Shown here one piece after another: positions 1 to 12,892 of a stretch of DNA of 62,000 nt. A program made the translations under genes and the position numbers. Under the pieces are notes generated by a model, which worked only from the letters and a program-made list of their open reading frames with translations, was not told where the DNA came from and ran no database searches. This DNA is from Diadema setosum (lineage: Eukaryota): positions 6,262,001-6,324,000 of the forward strand of contig NC_092705.1 of assembly GCF_964275005.1 (NCBI RefSeq), read 5' to 3'. Each line of letters begins with the position of its first letter. Positions within the stretch are counted from its first letter, which is position 1.

Positions 1-1489
1 CTACCCATTCTGATTGTGCCAAATCGTCGGTGCTTGCGAGAGTAAGAAATCACATTAAAAAATCTAAGCTTACCATGCACGAGAAGTCAAACATCTACAG
101 TGACACTGCATACTTGCGCCAAGAAGCTATGTGGTGCGAAGGCAAGATTTAGCCATGATATTAACAGTGATACACATGTATTTCAAATTCCCTTCACCCG
201 GTCTGATTTATCGAGATTGTGGCTGAAGAGAATACAACTAATATCGAAGACATAGACCATGCATACATAAAGACCCCGTGTGGAACCAACCATACATCGG
301 TCTCACTTAGTCTAGCGGGATGCCATTCCCTATGGGTGGCGCTACCATACAACCTCAATTGATATTTTGGACATCCTAGTATAGGCCTACCTACCATTGG
401 TTGCGGCCTGTCACTATACCACTGTATAAATCCTTCTTTGGCTGGGAACCCAATACACGTACCGCCAGTCATTGACCCCCTTGGGTTACATCTATCATAT
501 CATTACCATGGCAACCGTGCACCTACGTTATTGACACACAATTATGACGTGACGGAGCTGTGAGTGGTCACACAACTGACATATACACCATTCAACTCAA
601 AGTTCTTGGCCCAAAATCCCACTGTCTCACAACTCCATCACTAGGTGGCGCTTATCCATGCTTACTAGTAAGTAAAATCAACTGGAATATGCAGATGAAC
701 GTTACTTTAAGCGCTCTCGGTTTAGCCTGAAGACTTCCCATTTATAATATTTCAACTTCAACCAGCACCTTCGTCAGATTGAGGGTCGAATGGGCACTGC
801 TAACATTACCAATCAGATAAACCCCAAGGGGACTGCATATCGAAAATGTCTTGATGAAAAGACTTTAATATCTCTACCTAGCCTGATTAATGAATATTCA
901 TGCATGTACACGTAGAAACATGCCTTTTTTTTTCTTTTTTTTTTACAAATAGTTTGAATGATACAAGACCCTTAGCATATGATAGTTTTACTACACAAAT
1001 TCTGAGTAATTAATATGGCTTGAACCGATTTAGAAGTCTGTTTAAGACTATTTCATTTTTATTTCATTGAATTGACAGTTTAATAAATCTATATTTATAA
1101 CTTCTTTAACTCATTAGATCTGTTGTTAACTCGCATTGTAATGATGTACACTGAGTATATTACACAGTACGAATAAAGTTGCACCATATAACGTCGGATT
1201 GCATTGACAAATCTGTCGACTTCCTTTGGTCAAAAATGTTGACACGCAAGGCCTATTCTACTCATTAGATGGGACAAATATTATAGTTATAACGGCAATA
1301 ACAAGGGGATATAATGATAATTGAATAGTAACGATTCTCTTTTCATTACCTTAATGAACAACAACAACGATTATTCTAAGAGAGTGGTGAAAAAAAAAGA
1401 CATTCACATGGAATAATGAATACTGGTAGATAAGCATTGACAGAATGCTACTGGACAGGTACCTCACGATGACAGGGTTACTGGCTAGA

Positions 1490-1915
1490 ACTATACGTCA
1501 TAATAGCGGTCATATTGTCCGCGCGCATTTCGTCTTTGCATGAAAACGCGACGTTGCGTACTAATTCTGTGTGCTATCTCGGCATCATTGGTAACCAAGC
1601 GTTACGATAAGTGTATGGACCTCATTTTTCACATTTATTTACCATGGCCAGAGTTGTTCACTTGAATCACATTCCTATCATAACGAACATTCCACCACTG
1701 CGTTCTAAAACAAAACAAAACAAAACAAAACAAAACAAAACAAAACAAAACAAAACAAAACAAAACAAAACAAACAAAACAAAACAAAACAAAACAAAAC
1801 AGCACTACATAATATGAGATAGAAATGTGAGACCAAAGAAAAAGTAAGTCTTTCTTTTTTTTGTTCCCTTCAATCATTGCATCAAAATTGCGCGCGCATT
1901 GGGTGACGTAACAAT
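1490..1915. promoter_or_regulatory. Candidate promoter region (CpG-rich patches, CRE-like and CCAAT-like motifs)
   Basis: TACGTCA ~1494, CGCGCGCA ~1520, ATTGG ~1587, GCGCGCGCATTGGGTGACGTAAC ~1890-1912; lies just upstream of the putative first donor at 2080. Confidence 0.3.
1707..1801. repeat. (AAAAC)n microsatellite
   Basis: Direct reading. Confidence 0.95.
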
Positions 1916-2331
1916 ACTCTATCTCTGTATCCACGGCTCAGGCAGGCAAGCCCAAACATTGCTTTCTTAGCAGATGACCAAGTCACTTGACGGGTTAGTC
2001 TGATCTGATCAAAATGGGCAATAATTTGACCAAAATTGATCGTATAGTGTGCTTATTTGGGTGTTGCAAACCGAAAAAGGGTGAGTGACAAATGGACAAA
2101 TGTTTGTCCAAATTTCGTATGTCCCTTGTGATATTGAAGCGATTTTCTTTTTCTATCTTTTTTTTTAATTCAGCCTATATGTGCATGTTTACATTAATTT
2201 TCATCCGTGCATTTTCTGTCATAATCATTCCGACAGGGAACATCGGGGCGAAGCCATACTGTGAAATGCTAGGAATATATCCTTAATATAAGTAGGCCTA
2301 CTAGTACCTGGTAATTACAAAGTATATGAGG

Positions 2332-2333
<2 letters not shown>

Positions 2334-2390
<57 letters not shown>

Positions 2391-2394
2391 TATG

Positions 2395-2426
<32 letters not shown>

Positions 2427-2428
2427 TA
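2334..2428. repeat. (TA)n microsatellite
   Basis: Direct reading. Confidence 0.95.
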
Positions 2429-2748
2429 CATTTAATATCGAATTTTCGAGTCGAATAAACTCATTCTTTATTGGCAAAAAATGCAATACAGCTTATTTCT
2501 TCATTCTTCGTGGAGCCAATACGTGAATTCTAAACATATAATACATAATATTATACATATATATATATTATATATCTTTTAAGGAATATTTGATAATCAG
2601 ACGGTATGGAATTCTGTCATCTTACAACTTTATTAACCATCTGTAATATTTCACTTCCCTTTGAATTATTCTGTCTAATTCCCCAATTTGATATATTTCC
2701 CTTTTTCCCCATACATTTTGTATGTTTCTGTACCGTTATTAGTTTTAG

Positions 2749-2833
2749 GTCGAAAACAGAGAGCAAGGAAGACCCGCTCTCTCCCCAAACTCGCACGACA
2801 CACAGTCATCCTTGCTTGTTCATACGGAATTGG
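2749..2833 (+). other. Probable non-coding 5'UTR exon of the repeat gene (further upstream donor at 2080/2081)
   Basis: Pyrimidine-rich tract ending TTTTAG at 2748; donor TGG|GTGAGT at 2833; another strong donor AGG|GTGAGT at 2080. Confidence 0.4.
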
Positions 2834-3142
2834 GTGAGTTACTTTACACTGAGTAACACGATGGTCATCCCGAAATACATACAGCTTTTAACAGAGTTGA
2901 TGCAATCACTGATAAGTTGAAGAACATTAAGTTTGCGGTACTGGTGCAGAGTAAAAACACTATCTTATGTTTATTTGACACAGACAGACACAATTCCATT
3001 ATGCTTATTTGTAAACTTGCCAGCCCCTATGAATATTATTGATATGAGAATACGTACAAAATTTTTTCGTTAAGTGATTGTGAGGCACATTTTGGCACAT
3101 ACAAGTCATTCCGGAAAAAAAAAAATGCAAAAAATAAAAAAT

Positions 3143-3337
3143 TGTCTCGTTTGGTAGTTTGTAAAGCTATAGAAAACGCGGAAATCGCTAAACTTAAAAG
3201 TGTAACTGAGAAGTTATAGAAACATGTTGCTTGACAGAGCTCTGTCTCGTTTGGTAGTTTCTAAAGCTAGAAAACGCGGAAATCGCTATTAAAAGTGTAA
3301 CTGAGAAGTTATAGAAACATGTTGCTTGACAGAGCTC
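3143..3337 (+). repeat. Tandem duplication of ~100 bp (3143-3242, 3243-3337)
   Basis: Two near-identical copies TGTCTCGTTTGGTAGTTT...GCTTGACAGAGCTC. Confidence 0.9.
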
Positions 3338-3394
3338 AATACATATTGGGGAAAAGTGTAAGATTATTCATATTTTATTTCTCTTCGCAGAAGC

Positions 3395-3552
3395 ATGGTG
3401 ACACACAGCGACTTGAAGGCAAGACAACATCTTCAGGTAAGATCATCCCCCGATATCAATCTAAACGAACAAATTCCTAAGTAGCGCAATGGCACATAGG
3501 TACAGGCCAAGTCTGAGAAATGATATTTATTCACTTATTTATTTATTTATTT

Positions 3553-3589
<37 letters not shown>

Positions 3590-6500
3590 TTCATTCATTC
3601 ATTCATTTTTACACGCGGTGTATCTAATCTTTCCATCACTGTTTTCGACTGGTCTTGATTTTGCCTTAATTGTGTATTTCTTTTTTTATGAAGGAGTTTG
3701 GAATTGTTTGGTTTTTTTTTTTCAATTTCCGACATCACATTTGTCATCTTTGATAACTTTGATTATCTTTTTTGAATGAATTTTACAGATATTGAATCGA
3801 AGTTTTTGCTACATGTGTGTTTGTGGTTTTTTTTTCTTTTTGTTTCCTATCAGAAGATGGAGACTGAGCTGGACCTGAAGCTACGAGCAAATTCCATTGT
3901 CCAGAATGTGTTCAAGGTATGGTAACAGAATTTCTTATCAGATAGAATATGTCATTCATAATTTCTGAGTTGATCAGAAAAATAAGATATAAGAACGAAT
4001 AGCAACATAGGCAAACACTGTTTTTTTCTCTCATTCTCTGTTTTAAGAAGGCAAGGAAAATGACTGAAATCAGACTGAAATCAGACATTGTACAGAATGT
4101 ACACAAGGAAAGCATCAAGAACATTTTGCAATCGTTTAACTTATTTTGACATATCACATACAACCTTCCAATGGGCCAAAAAGCTGAAATGGTTCGCAAC
4201 CGATGTTCAATAAGTGATGTTATAATATCAATGATGATACATTTGGCGTTTCGACATTATGATACATACAAGGCGTCATCAGGTAAACGTATCATCGTAA
4301 AATTAATGGTTGAAAGTACCTGCCTCCCACTGGCTTCATTAATCCTCTTCCTTACCATGCTTACAGGCAGTAAAGGACCACCAAGCTGCCGAAGAATCAG
4401 CGACGAACTTTCTTGACGATGTGCTTGAGGTGAGAAGCATTAACAACGTTGGTTTTCTAGCTCGTTTAATAACTCGTGTTTGGGAAGATTATAGAACAAA
4501 TGAAACATCAAGGCTTTGACAGGATTGATGTAATACAATGAAGAAAAAAAAAGCGAAGACAGCGATTAAATTTCAATATTTCGTTGATCTAATTTTTCAG
4601 GAAGTGGTGAAGGAATCGGAGCTGAAGGTACAAGCAAAGTTCATTGTGCAGAAAGTGTACAAGGTAAGATATCGATTTCATTTGCTATCAATGAACACCC
4701 CCCCCCCCCGGTTATTATCATCATTATAAGAGCGCGTCTTTAATATATCAAAAGGTTAATATACAAGTAGATATCAAGATAATGTGCTTATGTTGTGGGA
4801 AATCTACATCGCAGCTCGTCGTCTACAATCTAGGATTAAAATCTATACACCTGTACTTGTACTTCATTAACAGTCCAATTAGTCAACACAACATGCGCAC
4901 ACAGCTTGCGTAATCGTTAAACATTTCGAATTGAATCTTCGTCGCATTTTCTATGCCTCCGAACGAAAGATGACTTTTGATTTCATACTTCTCGGTTTTT
5001 CTTTTTTTTTTTTTTGTATATCAACGGAGTCAACGACCTTTCATCTCAGTATTGCAGAATGTGAAGTCTGATAGTTGTCGTTATGGATAATGAAAACAAA
5101 TGAATTTGAGAAACCATAATTTGAACTAGAGAATTCCCATATCACATCAATATACGTCGTCTTTATTTCACATGACGTGGACGAAAAAACAAAAAACAAT
5201 CTCAGTTTTGGGCACAAGCAAAGACGAATGTGCAGAATGTACGTATATTAAAAACTCATCCTTGTCACTGATTTTCCAAGTTGAAAATTTCCAAAAGACA
5301 AGGGACTCTGAAGAGGACATCAAACGGGGAGATGGGGGGGGGGGGGGGGGGAGCGAGACAAGGAAGACCTTTACTCCGTAACAAAATCTACATGCTGTGG
5401 AAGACGTAATTCAAGGCATATGTTATAGTCTGCTAATCTTCCCTGTGTTAAGCTAACTGATTTGTTTTTATTTCGCAGGAGGTAAGCAAAGAATTTCAGC
5501 TGAGGGCACAAGCAAGGGCTATCGTGCAGAATTCATATGAAGTAAGAGTGACCGCTTTACATTTGTTTTCCTTGATTTTTACTTTTCGTTACCTTTTTTT
5601 TTTGAAGACATAAAATGGAAAGAGAAATATGTCGAGTGTGAGAGAGAAAAGGGGTGGAGAAATCAAAGAAAGCGCTTCTCTTTTTCAACATGTTTTTACC
5701 TTTCAGTTGATTTGATCTTTTCGTCAACACGACTTAGAATCATACGGATCAAAAGAAAAGAATCATAAACTTGATAAATTTCCTACATTATTGATTAATA
5801 TGTCTGTAGCATCTACGTAAGTCCGGATGTGTAAATGTATCATGTAAACCCAACTTCGGCTTCATCGATTTTATTCTGTCTCCCCTACGCAGGCGGCTGG
5901 AGATCACAACACTGCTGAAGAATCAGCGGCAGTCTTTCTAGACGAAGTTGTCGAGGTAAGAATTTATGCCTTTTTTTTTTCATTTGAACACTAGAGAGTA
6001 TGATATTTGATACCCTCTTGAGAAGAAGGCATAAACAAACAAACAAACAAACAAACAAACAAACAAACGTATTATCACCATCCACTCGTGTTATGATTCA
6101 TCACACCAATCTCAACTCATCTTGGCAGTTCTATTGTTTTAATCTCTGGAGAAGCCATAACAAACTTTCGTTTCCTTGCGTCTGTATCTTTTTTTTTTTT
6201 TTTCCGGGAAGTTTGCAAGCGTTCAGATCTAAACGCCCAGTCAGGGACCATCATACCGAGAATGTGTACAGCGCAATTAAGTAGTGCCCTTTGTTTTTGC
6301 AGTGTCCCACTGGCCTGGCGGTGAATCCTTGTACTAGAGAGAATGGTATTTGATACCCTCTTGAAAACTCACAAGAAAGGACAAACAAACAAACAAACAA
6401 ACAAACAAACAAACGTATTATCACCATCCACTTGTGTTATGATTCAGCACATCCATCTCAGTGGTTCAATGGCAGGTATTATTTCATCTGTACAGTTTAT

Positions 6501-8780
6501 CGTTCAACCCTGGTTTATTTCCCAGGCTGCCAGAACCCAGAAAGACGCCGAGGACTCTGCACTGGCATTCTTCGACGGTGCTCTGAAGGTAAGAAATGCT
6601 TCTTCATCAAGCATATTATCGACCCTTTTTTAAAAATCTTCACATAGATTTCCAGTCCGTTGACAGTGTTCCTAAAAACGATAGTTAAAACACACACATA
6701 CACACAAAATGAACGAAAGGATTAAAGTCGTCTTATATTCTCTTTCCTTCACGTAAAACAATGTCTAACTCTGTCTGTTTTCTTTTTCGTCATTTCTGTG
6801 TACTGGATGCCCAAAAGATGTCAGAGCTGAGAGAATGTACACAAACCATTGTTCAGGATCAGAGCGACACAGCACAGTCTTCTGTGTCTGCAGCTGATGT
6901 CAATGACGTAAGTGGTTACGTCATAAACATTAATGGTTGTTGCTGTATGCGTATTTGTCGTGAATATTCATGAAGAGATTATGTGATTTAAAAAAACGGA
7001 AAATGGAACGACGACCAGGGATGGACGGGGTAGCCTCTCCATCACGTATTTCTGTTCTCTGGTTTGTCTTCATCAGTAACACGTGGTGTGACGTCGGGGT
7101 TGATTTTTGAGCGTGTCCAGCCCTATTTCCAAACTTCAAAGACATTCTTGAAGAACGATTTCTGCCTCCCCCTTCTCTTATATACAATTGTTGATCATTG
7201 ATAAAGTGTAACTTTGAGGTATAGAGATCAACTACTGTATTTATTCATGTTATAGATGATATTGTAAAATCACCCGCAAACAGGGTTTAATTGATGATTA
7301 ATTTTTAATTTATGCACCTGTCATTCTGTACCAATGAAGGATGACATCATCGGCCCATTTCAACTGCCGCCAGGCCTTGATGGTCCCGTTGACTACTCAG
7401 ATCTCTGCGTACCTCAGAGTTATTACATTAATGGGATAAATATTGATACTGCTGAGCCGCACACGAGAAAGGAGCTGCTGTCCAGCCGCGGACCGTGGCC
7501 CGGAAAAGATGTCATCACCTACCAAGATCAGTTTGTCGCCAATATGAGAGCTATGGAGGAAAAACTGGCATCGGGAGGGACACACGACGGCGTCAAAGAC
7601 GCACGAGACTCCGACGGTTCTGACAGCGACCGCGTCTTCACTGGAGAGTCTGGACACGAAAGCGACGACGAGGATGAAGATGGTGTGACAATCTCATTCA
7701 TTATGGGATCAGAAGGTGCAGGGCACGTCGCCTCGTTGGATATCATACAGCGTAATAGAGAGTGCATCATCCTCTCCAAAGACTCAGACTCTGACGATGA
7801 TGATGATGACGATGAGGAGGTTGATGATAATGGAGAAAAACTAGAGATCTCTGAATCGGGGAATGATGACAACCTTGGATACGACCCAATCTCCTCTCCA
7901 CCAACGGCAGTGCCAGTCGTTCTGCCCCCGATCCCTCCTCCTCTCACTTTCCGGGATATTAAAAACCTCGAGCGAGTTGCTCTTCAGAAGATGATCAGTA
8001 AAGAGAGGATTCACTTTCCCCCACCCTACCTCCCCTCACCATCATCTTCAAACATCGCAGTGCATGCTGGGAGTTGCTTCATGGTTCAACCTCCTCCAAA
8101 CCCCATGATGCCTGCTGCTCTACCTCTCCCAGGCAATGCCGTTTCAGGACCAAACATCTCGGCCAACCACCAGCAGCACGCATTAAACAGACGGATGATC
8201 ACTGGGTATCCTATCAATCCTCTTCTGCCGTTCATCCCTCCCCCATCACGGCTGGTTCCTCCACCCCCTCATCCACAGCCAGACGAGATGTCTCAGTTAT
8301 TTCAACTGTCGCGGGAGGTCAGAGAAAACGCTGCCAGGGAGCTACTCAACCCAAATCTACTGCATTCCAATCACCAGGTGATTATAATGATTATATACTT
8401 GATATCTATACACTGTGCCTAATTTTGCTTGTCGATTTTATTGACCTATTGGAGTCAACGAAAATATGTTTTGTTCCATCATCACATGTTGAATTATCTT
8501 CAAAGCTACCATAGTCCCTTTTAGAATTCGCCGATAGCATTATCAAAACTTGAGTTTACATGAGCTCCATTATTTATTGTATTATATGCAGGGCAATGTT
8601 GCTCAACACTGGGGGCGTCCTCCTGCAAATCGTATGGACAACCGAAGACCGCCAAACAGGGCGTGGCCCCCTCACAGCATCCCTCCACAGCCACACTCTA
8701 GACCACGCCCACCGATGACAATACGACGATGCTATGAGCATATACATCACCCTCGCAACCAGCGAAGAGGGTACAACTAA
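3395..8780 (+). CDS. Uncharacterised multi-exon protein (~578 aa): N-terminal array of 21-aa amphipathic-helix repeats, then acidic and proline-rich disordered region
   Basis: Hand-spliced with GT/AG boundaries, all phase 0: 3395-3436 (MVTHSDLKARQHLQ), 3854-3916 (KMETELDLKLRANSIVQNVFK), 4367-4429 (AVKDHQAAEESATNFLDDVLE), 4601-4663 (EVVKESELKVQAKFIVQKVYK), 5479-5541 (EVSKEFQLRAQARAIVQNSYE), 5893-5955 (AAGDHNTAEESAAVFLDEVVE), 6526-6588 (AARTQKDAEDSALAFFDGALK), 6818-6907, 7340-8377, 8592-8780 (TAA). The frame is open throughout. Acceptors of the 6818 and 7340 exons are weaker AAG sites. Confidence 0.75.
3535..3608. repeat. (ATTT)n/(ATTC)n microsatellite
   Basis: Direct reading. Confidence 0.9.
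5174..5241 (+). pseudogene. Decayed pseudo-exon of the 63-nt repeat
   Basis: GAC GTG GAC GAA...CAA TCT CAG TTT TGG GCA CAA GCA AAG ACG AAT GTG CAG AAT GTA aligns to exons 4601 and 5479; acceptor reads CAT instead of CAG; A-rich insertion. Confidence 0.6.
5991..6460 (+). repeat. Intronic direct duplication of ~125 bp (5991-6113 and 6334-6460) containing (AAAC)n
   Basis: CTAGAGAG.ATG.TATTTGATACCCTCTTG...(CAAA)n CGTATTATCACCATCCAC on both sides of the 6208 pseudo-exon. Confidence 0.85.
6208..6272 (+). pseudogene. Decayed pseudo-exon of the 63-nt repeat
   Basis: EVCKRSDLNAQSGTII..ENVYS after a poly-T tract; acceptor CGG instead of CAG; 65 nt (2-nt frameshift); donor GC. Confidence 0.65.
7340..8377 (+). 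CDS. Large internal exon (346 codons) of the gene above: Asp/Glu/Ser-rich then Pro-rich, contains a PPPY motif
   Basis: Lies within ORF 7334..8422; acceptor AAG at 7337-7339; donor CAG|GTGATT at 8377; GC-richer than the flanks. Confidence 0.8.
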
Positions 8781-11240
8781 TGACTATAGTGAAATTAACT
8801 CTCGGAGGACAATGGTGGAACGGAATCCAGAATATAAAACAACAACAACAACAACAATGCACTTTTAGATAAGGGTAGTTGAATTGTCTATGTCAATAGA
8901 CCGTCTCTGTAATGTATTCAAATTCTATGCATGGTTTATTCATGAAAGATTGCCTTAAATACTAGTACCACAAAGCCTGCCGGAGGCTTGATCTACTTAG
9001 CAAATAGCTGATTGATGCTTTTCCTGCCTAAGAAACTTAATTGAAGGTAGCAGGGAAATAATGGTTCGTTACTATGATAGGCTGTGGGAAAGGAAACATC
9101 AGTGAATTTTGATACATGACACGGACAGAAACGGTCCATCGGCATATCCAGTTATGATAATAACTTCACTTTGACATCGCTTGCGAACTCGAGCTGTAAA
9201 AAGCACAGGCCTACAGCTAATTTATGGTTAATGTGCTTCGACAAAAATAAGATGCTGCTTGTGAAATATAACATACTGGAGCATAAGAATATAAATTTAA
9301 AAAAAAACCAAAAAAACTCGCAAACTCGGAATGCCTACTTACTAAAGGCTAAAAGCATTGGCAATCTAAAGGATCCATAAAAAAGAAAAAACAAACAAAC
9401 AAACGTTATGGCAATCAAGACAGTGGCTGTCTTTAGAAAGCAAACCAGACCGAGACAGAGTTTTCAAGCAGAGTATACCACTGTTCAAATATCATTTTAA
9501 GAATATATTGTATGGGGAAAAAAAAGAAGAAAAACTGTACCTGAAAGCAATGCAAACCAAAGTTTTTATATTATCTTCCGTGAAGAATACTTCAATAAAA
9601 TATTATAGTAAAATTATGGATGGTTGGCGACCTCCGTTGACCTTGTGTTTTGTTTGTTGCCTGACCTGTAGTCCACCCCCACTAATTCTCTCTCTTTCCC
9701 GCTCTCTCTCTCCCTTTCTCTCTCTCTCTCTGTCTGTCTCATACATTTATATACTACATACATGTATATATATTTGTGTATGTGTGTATACATATAAACA
9801 TACATACATGCATACATACATACATACATAGATACATACATGTAATAAAGACAGACAGATAGAGTACATGTATAAATAAACTCTCTCCCGTACTCAAAAT
9901 GTTATAGTGTCAAAAACCATAGAGGGCGCAAGCCATGTCGGGTCGAGCAGAGCTGTCGCGCTCGGCCGAGCACTCTCCACCACACAGCGAGAGGGCCTTG
10001 ACAAAAAGCTAAACACAAACTGGCATGAAATGTCTGCTTGTCGACATTTTTTGTATGGCAGAATACGACTGAGAACTAAGTAGGAGTGTCTTGAGTGAAC
10101 GTTTGTTCCTCAGACACAAGTGGGACCCATTATCGAGTAAGTGGAAATTACCGGAGAAATATTACACAGGCACATACCAAAATCGTCTATTTGAGTGGTC
10201 GCCTAAACTACACTCAACGCAGAGGGCTTAAATGTATCGTGTGGTCTGTCACTGCAACAACAATATTCATTCCAACTACGGACCTTTCGAGGTTTCTTAT
10301 CATTTCCTGTCCATGACCGATCTGGGTGCAAAAAACACGTTGAATTGGATGCGATCACTAAAAAAAAAAAAAAAAGAAAAGAAAAAAGATTTCGTGATGA
10401 TTGATGTGATGTTCAGCAATATTAATCCTTGGATAGAGTTTTTTGGGAGAAGATTGACGATGAAGTATAACAAATTAATTAGATTTACTGTTATTACAAA
10501 GGCATGATACACCTTGAATATCTCTGTTGTTGTTACTTTCAATTTCATTATTCGTTTTCAGTTATCAAAAAAGTCTATGAAGTCATGTACACGTGTGAGA
10601 CGTGTACTCTTGTCCGCCAATCACACCCAGGATAGAATAGACAGCTGAGCATGCCTTTATAAGCAAGGCATATTAAACATTTTAAGTTTGATATTGATAA
10701 TCTCGACTTGCCCATGTAGTATTTATCAATGTTTAGATCAATGTGTTTTCACGGAAATAAAAAGCAAACAAATTTCTGGGTCCTCATTGCATAACCAGTA
10801 TCTCATCCTCAATGCAGCTGATTATCATTATTGTGAAAAGTCAAAAACTTATTATAGCATAAAAATCCATGAGACATTATGGACCATAATGTATGAAAGT
10901 TGTTCTTAGACGCAGTGTTTCTCTTACATTTTAAATCCTCTAAAAACATTTAAAAACAAACAAACAAAGTAACATTCGAATAATAACCTCACTCGTTAAT
11001 TTATTGTTTATTTCGGTAACATCTCCACTGTTGTTGCTCACTTTACTGTGAAGCTCAAAGGCTCAATAGGGCCTATAAACAATTCCTAGGTAACAATTAT
11101 TTTTATATTATGATTAGAAGAAAGCTCCAATTCTTCAAACACTGTTAATCTCTTTTCTCGCTTAGTAAGTTCTCTCTATTTCAGATATCCCTAGTGTGTC
11201 CTTCGTATTCGTCTTCTTATAGTCCTATGTTTAACAGTGT

Positions 11241-11800
11241 TTAAAGGACAAGTTTACCTTCATTAACATAAGGATTGAGAGAATGCAGCAATATTAGTAG
11301 AACACATCAGTGAAAGTTTGAGGAAAATTGGACAATCGATGCAAACGTTATGAATTCTAAAAACTTTTGTGTTGGAACCGTTGGATGAGGAGACTACTAA
11401 GGCTCGTGATGTCATATGAGTACAACAGTATAAGAAAATGTAAAGAAAATTCAACATATTTTCACTTTTTTTTTCGCATAATAAAAGAGCACTTGACTTG
11501 CCTCTTTCTAAAGGCAGTGGGAATATTATTACCCATAACATGATTATGTCAGTAACGAGTCAAGAGAATGTGTATTTTTTTCAAAAGATGAAACTTTGTG
11601 AAATTCTCTTTATATTTTCCTTATATTGTTGTACGCATGTGACATCATACGTGCAGTAGTCTTCTCATCCAGCGGTGACTGCACAAAAACTTCAAAAACT
11701 TTTGAACGGATTGTCCGAGTTTCCTCAAACTTTCAATGATGTGCTCACATTGCTACATTCTCTCAATCCTTATGTTAATGAAGGTGAACTTGTCTTTTAA
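11241..11800. mobile_element. Kolobok/T2-type MITE, family A (long TIRs, TTAA target)
   Basis: TTAA-AGGACAAGTTTACCTTCATTAACATAAGGATTGAGAGAATG ... CATTCTCTCAATCCTTATGTTAATGAAGGTGAACTTGTCTT-TTAA. Confidence 0.85.
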
Positions 11801-12892
11801 CGTAATATGTTCCATCCACTGCACATGTAAAAATCATAGGTTGACGTGGTTGAAGTGATTTTTTTTTCTTGTCGTTCCTCTTCAGTTCCAATTAGAACTT
11901 TGATTAACTTTGATTTTTTTTTCTTATGTATCATGTTACCCGAGACCATCATCCCAGTCAAGCACACTGCCTTATTGGTGACGGTCTCCTCCACTTGTAC
12001 CTCGAAATATATAATACTGTTAACACGTATACCTTTCCTGTGCCTGTATGTCTATATGTAATGTTATGAAAAAGATTCTGGTTTTGTCAATTTCACTGTG
12101 CATTTTTGTGTATTTCTGCATAAACTTGTTCAAGTGAACAAATGAAATTAAACTGAAAACTGAAAATGAAAACGAAAACCTTATTAGAAGATCAGTGACG
12201 CAAAACTACGGACATATTTCTACTTCAGCGTTGTTATTATTATTTTTTGGAGTAAAAATGAACTTAATCTTATTGTACTTTACATGGATAGCTATAAAAT
12301 TATTTCAAGACAAAGGTTATGACAGGATTACGCGGAACTAAAACAATAAAAGCACCTCAGAACCGGAGCAGAGAGCACAATGGAACATATATGTACAGTC
12401 GACTTTGATTTATGTGATAGTCTTTAAAGTCAGGATTGCTCGTGACCGCCTATATCTGTATATTTTGATTACATGGTTTAATATGATGTTAGGAGATTGG
12501 AAAAGTAGTCCTATGTCTTGCAACAATGTTTTAATTGGGCCTACCTAACTAGACAAAAACACCTGACTGCAAGTAGGCCCTAATTCAGGGGATTGTTCTT
12601 AAACAGACACGAAAACAAAACCCAGAAATCCGTCGACAACATTTCCGATTTTCATTTTGGCGAGGGATAAATCCCTGTCATCACAATGACTCATTAAATT
12701 GTTGTCCTCACACCTCCCTGATCAGAGGGACTCGTCAGACAACATGCATAGACAGAGTATCGTGCGGAATTCCACGAAACCAGCGCTGGGCGGGTCGGGT
12801 CAGCAAAGATCGTCATGCAACTTGCTTCCACTATCATCAAGCCATTATCATAAAAATCATTGGAGTCAATAATCCGGTATTGCGGGTGAAAA

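Noticed and set aside
74..222. Minus-strand exon (TCTCTTCAG acceptor, ATG|GTAAGC donor) of a divergent gene leaving the window
   Set aside because: Only splice-like signals and no coding evidence inside the window; cannot be supported
7397..8514. Overlapping alternative-frame and antisense ORFs within the large exon (and likewise within the GPCR exons)
   Set aside because: Shadows of real GC-richer coding sequence
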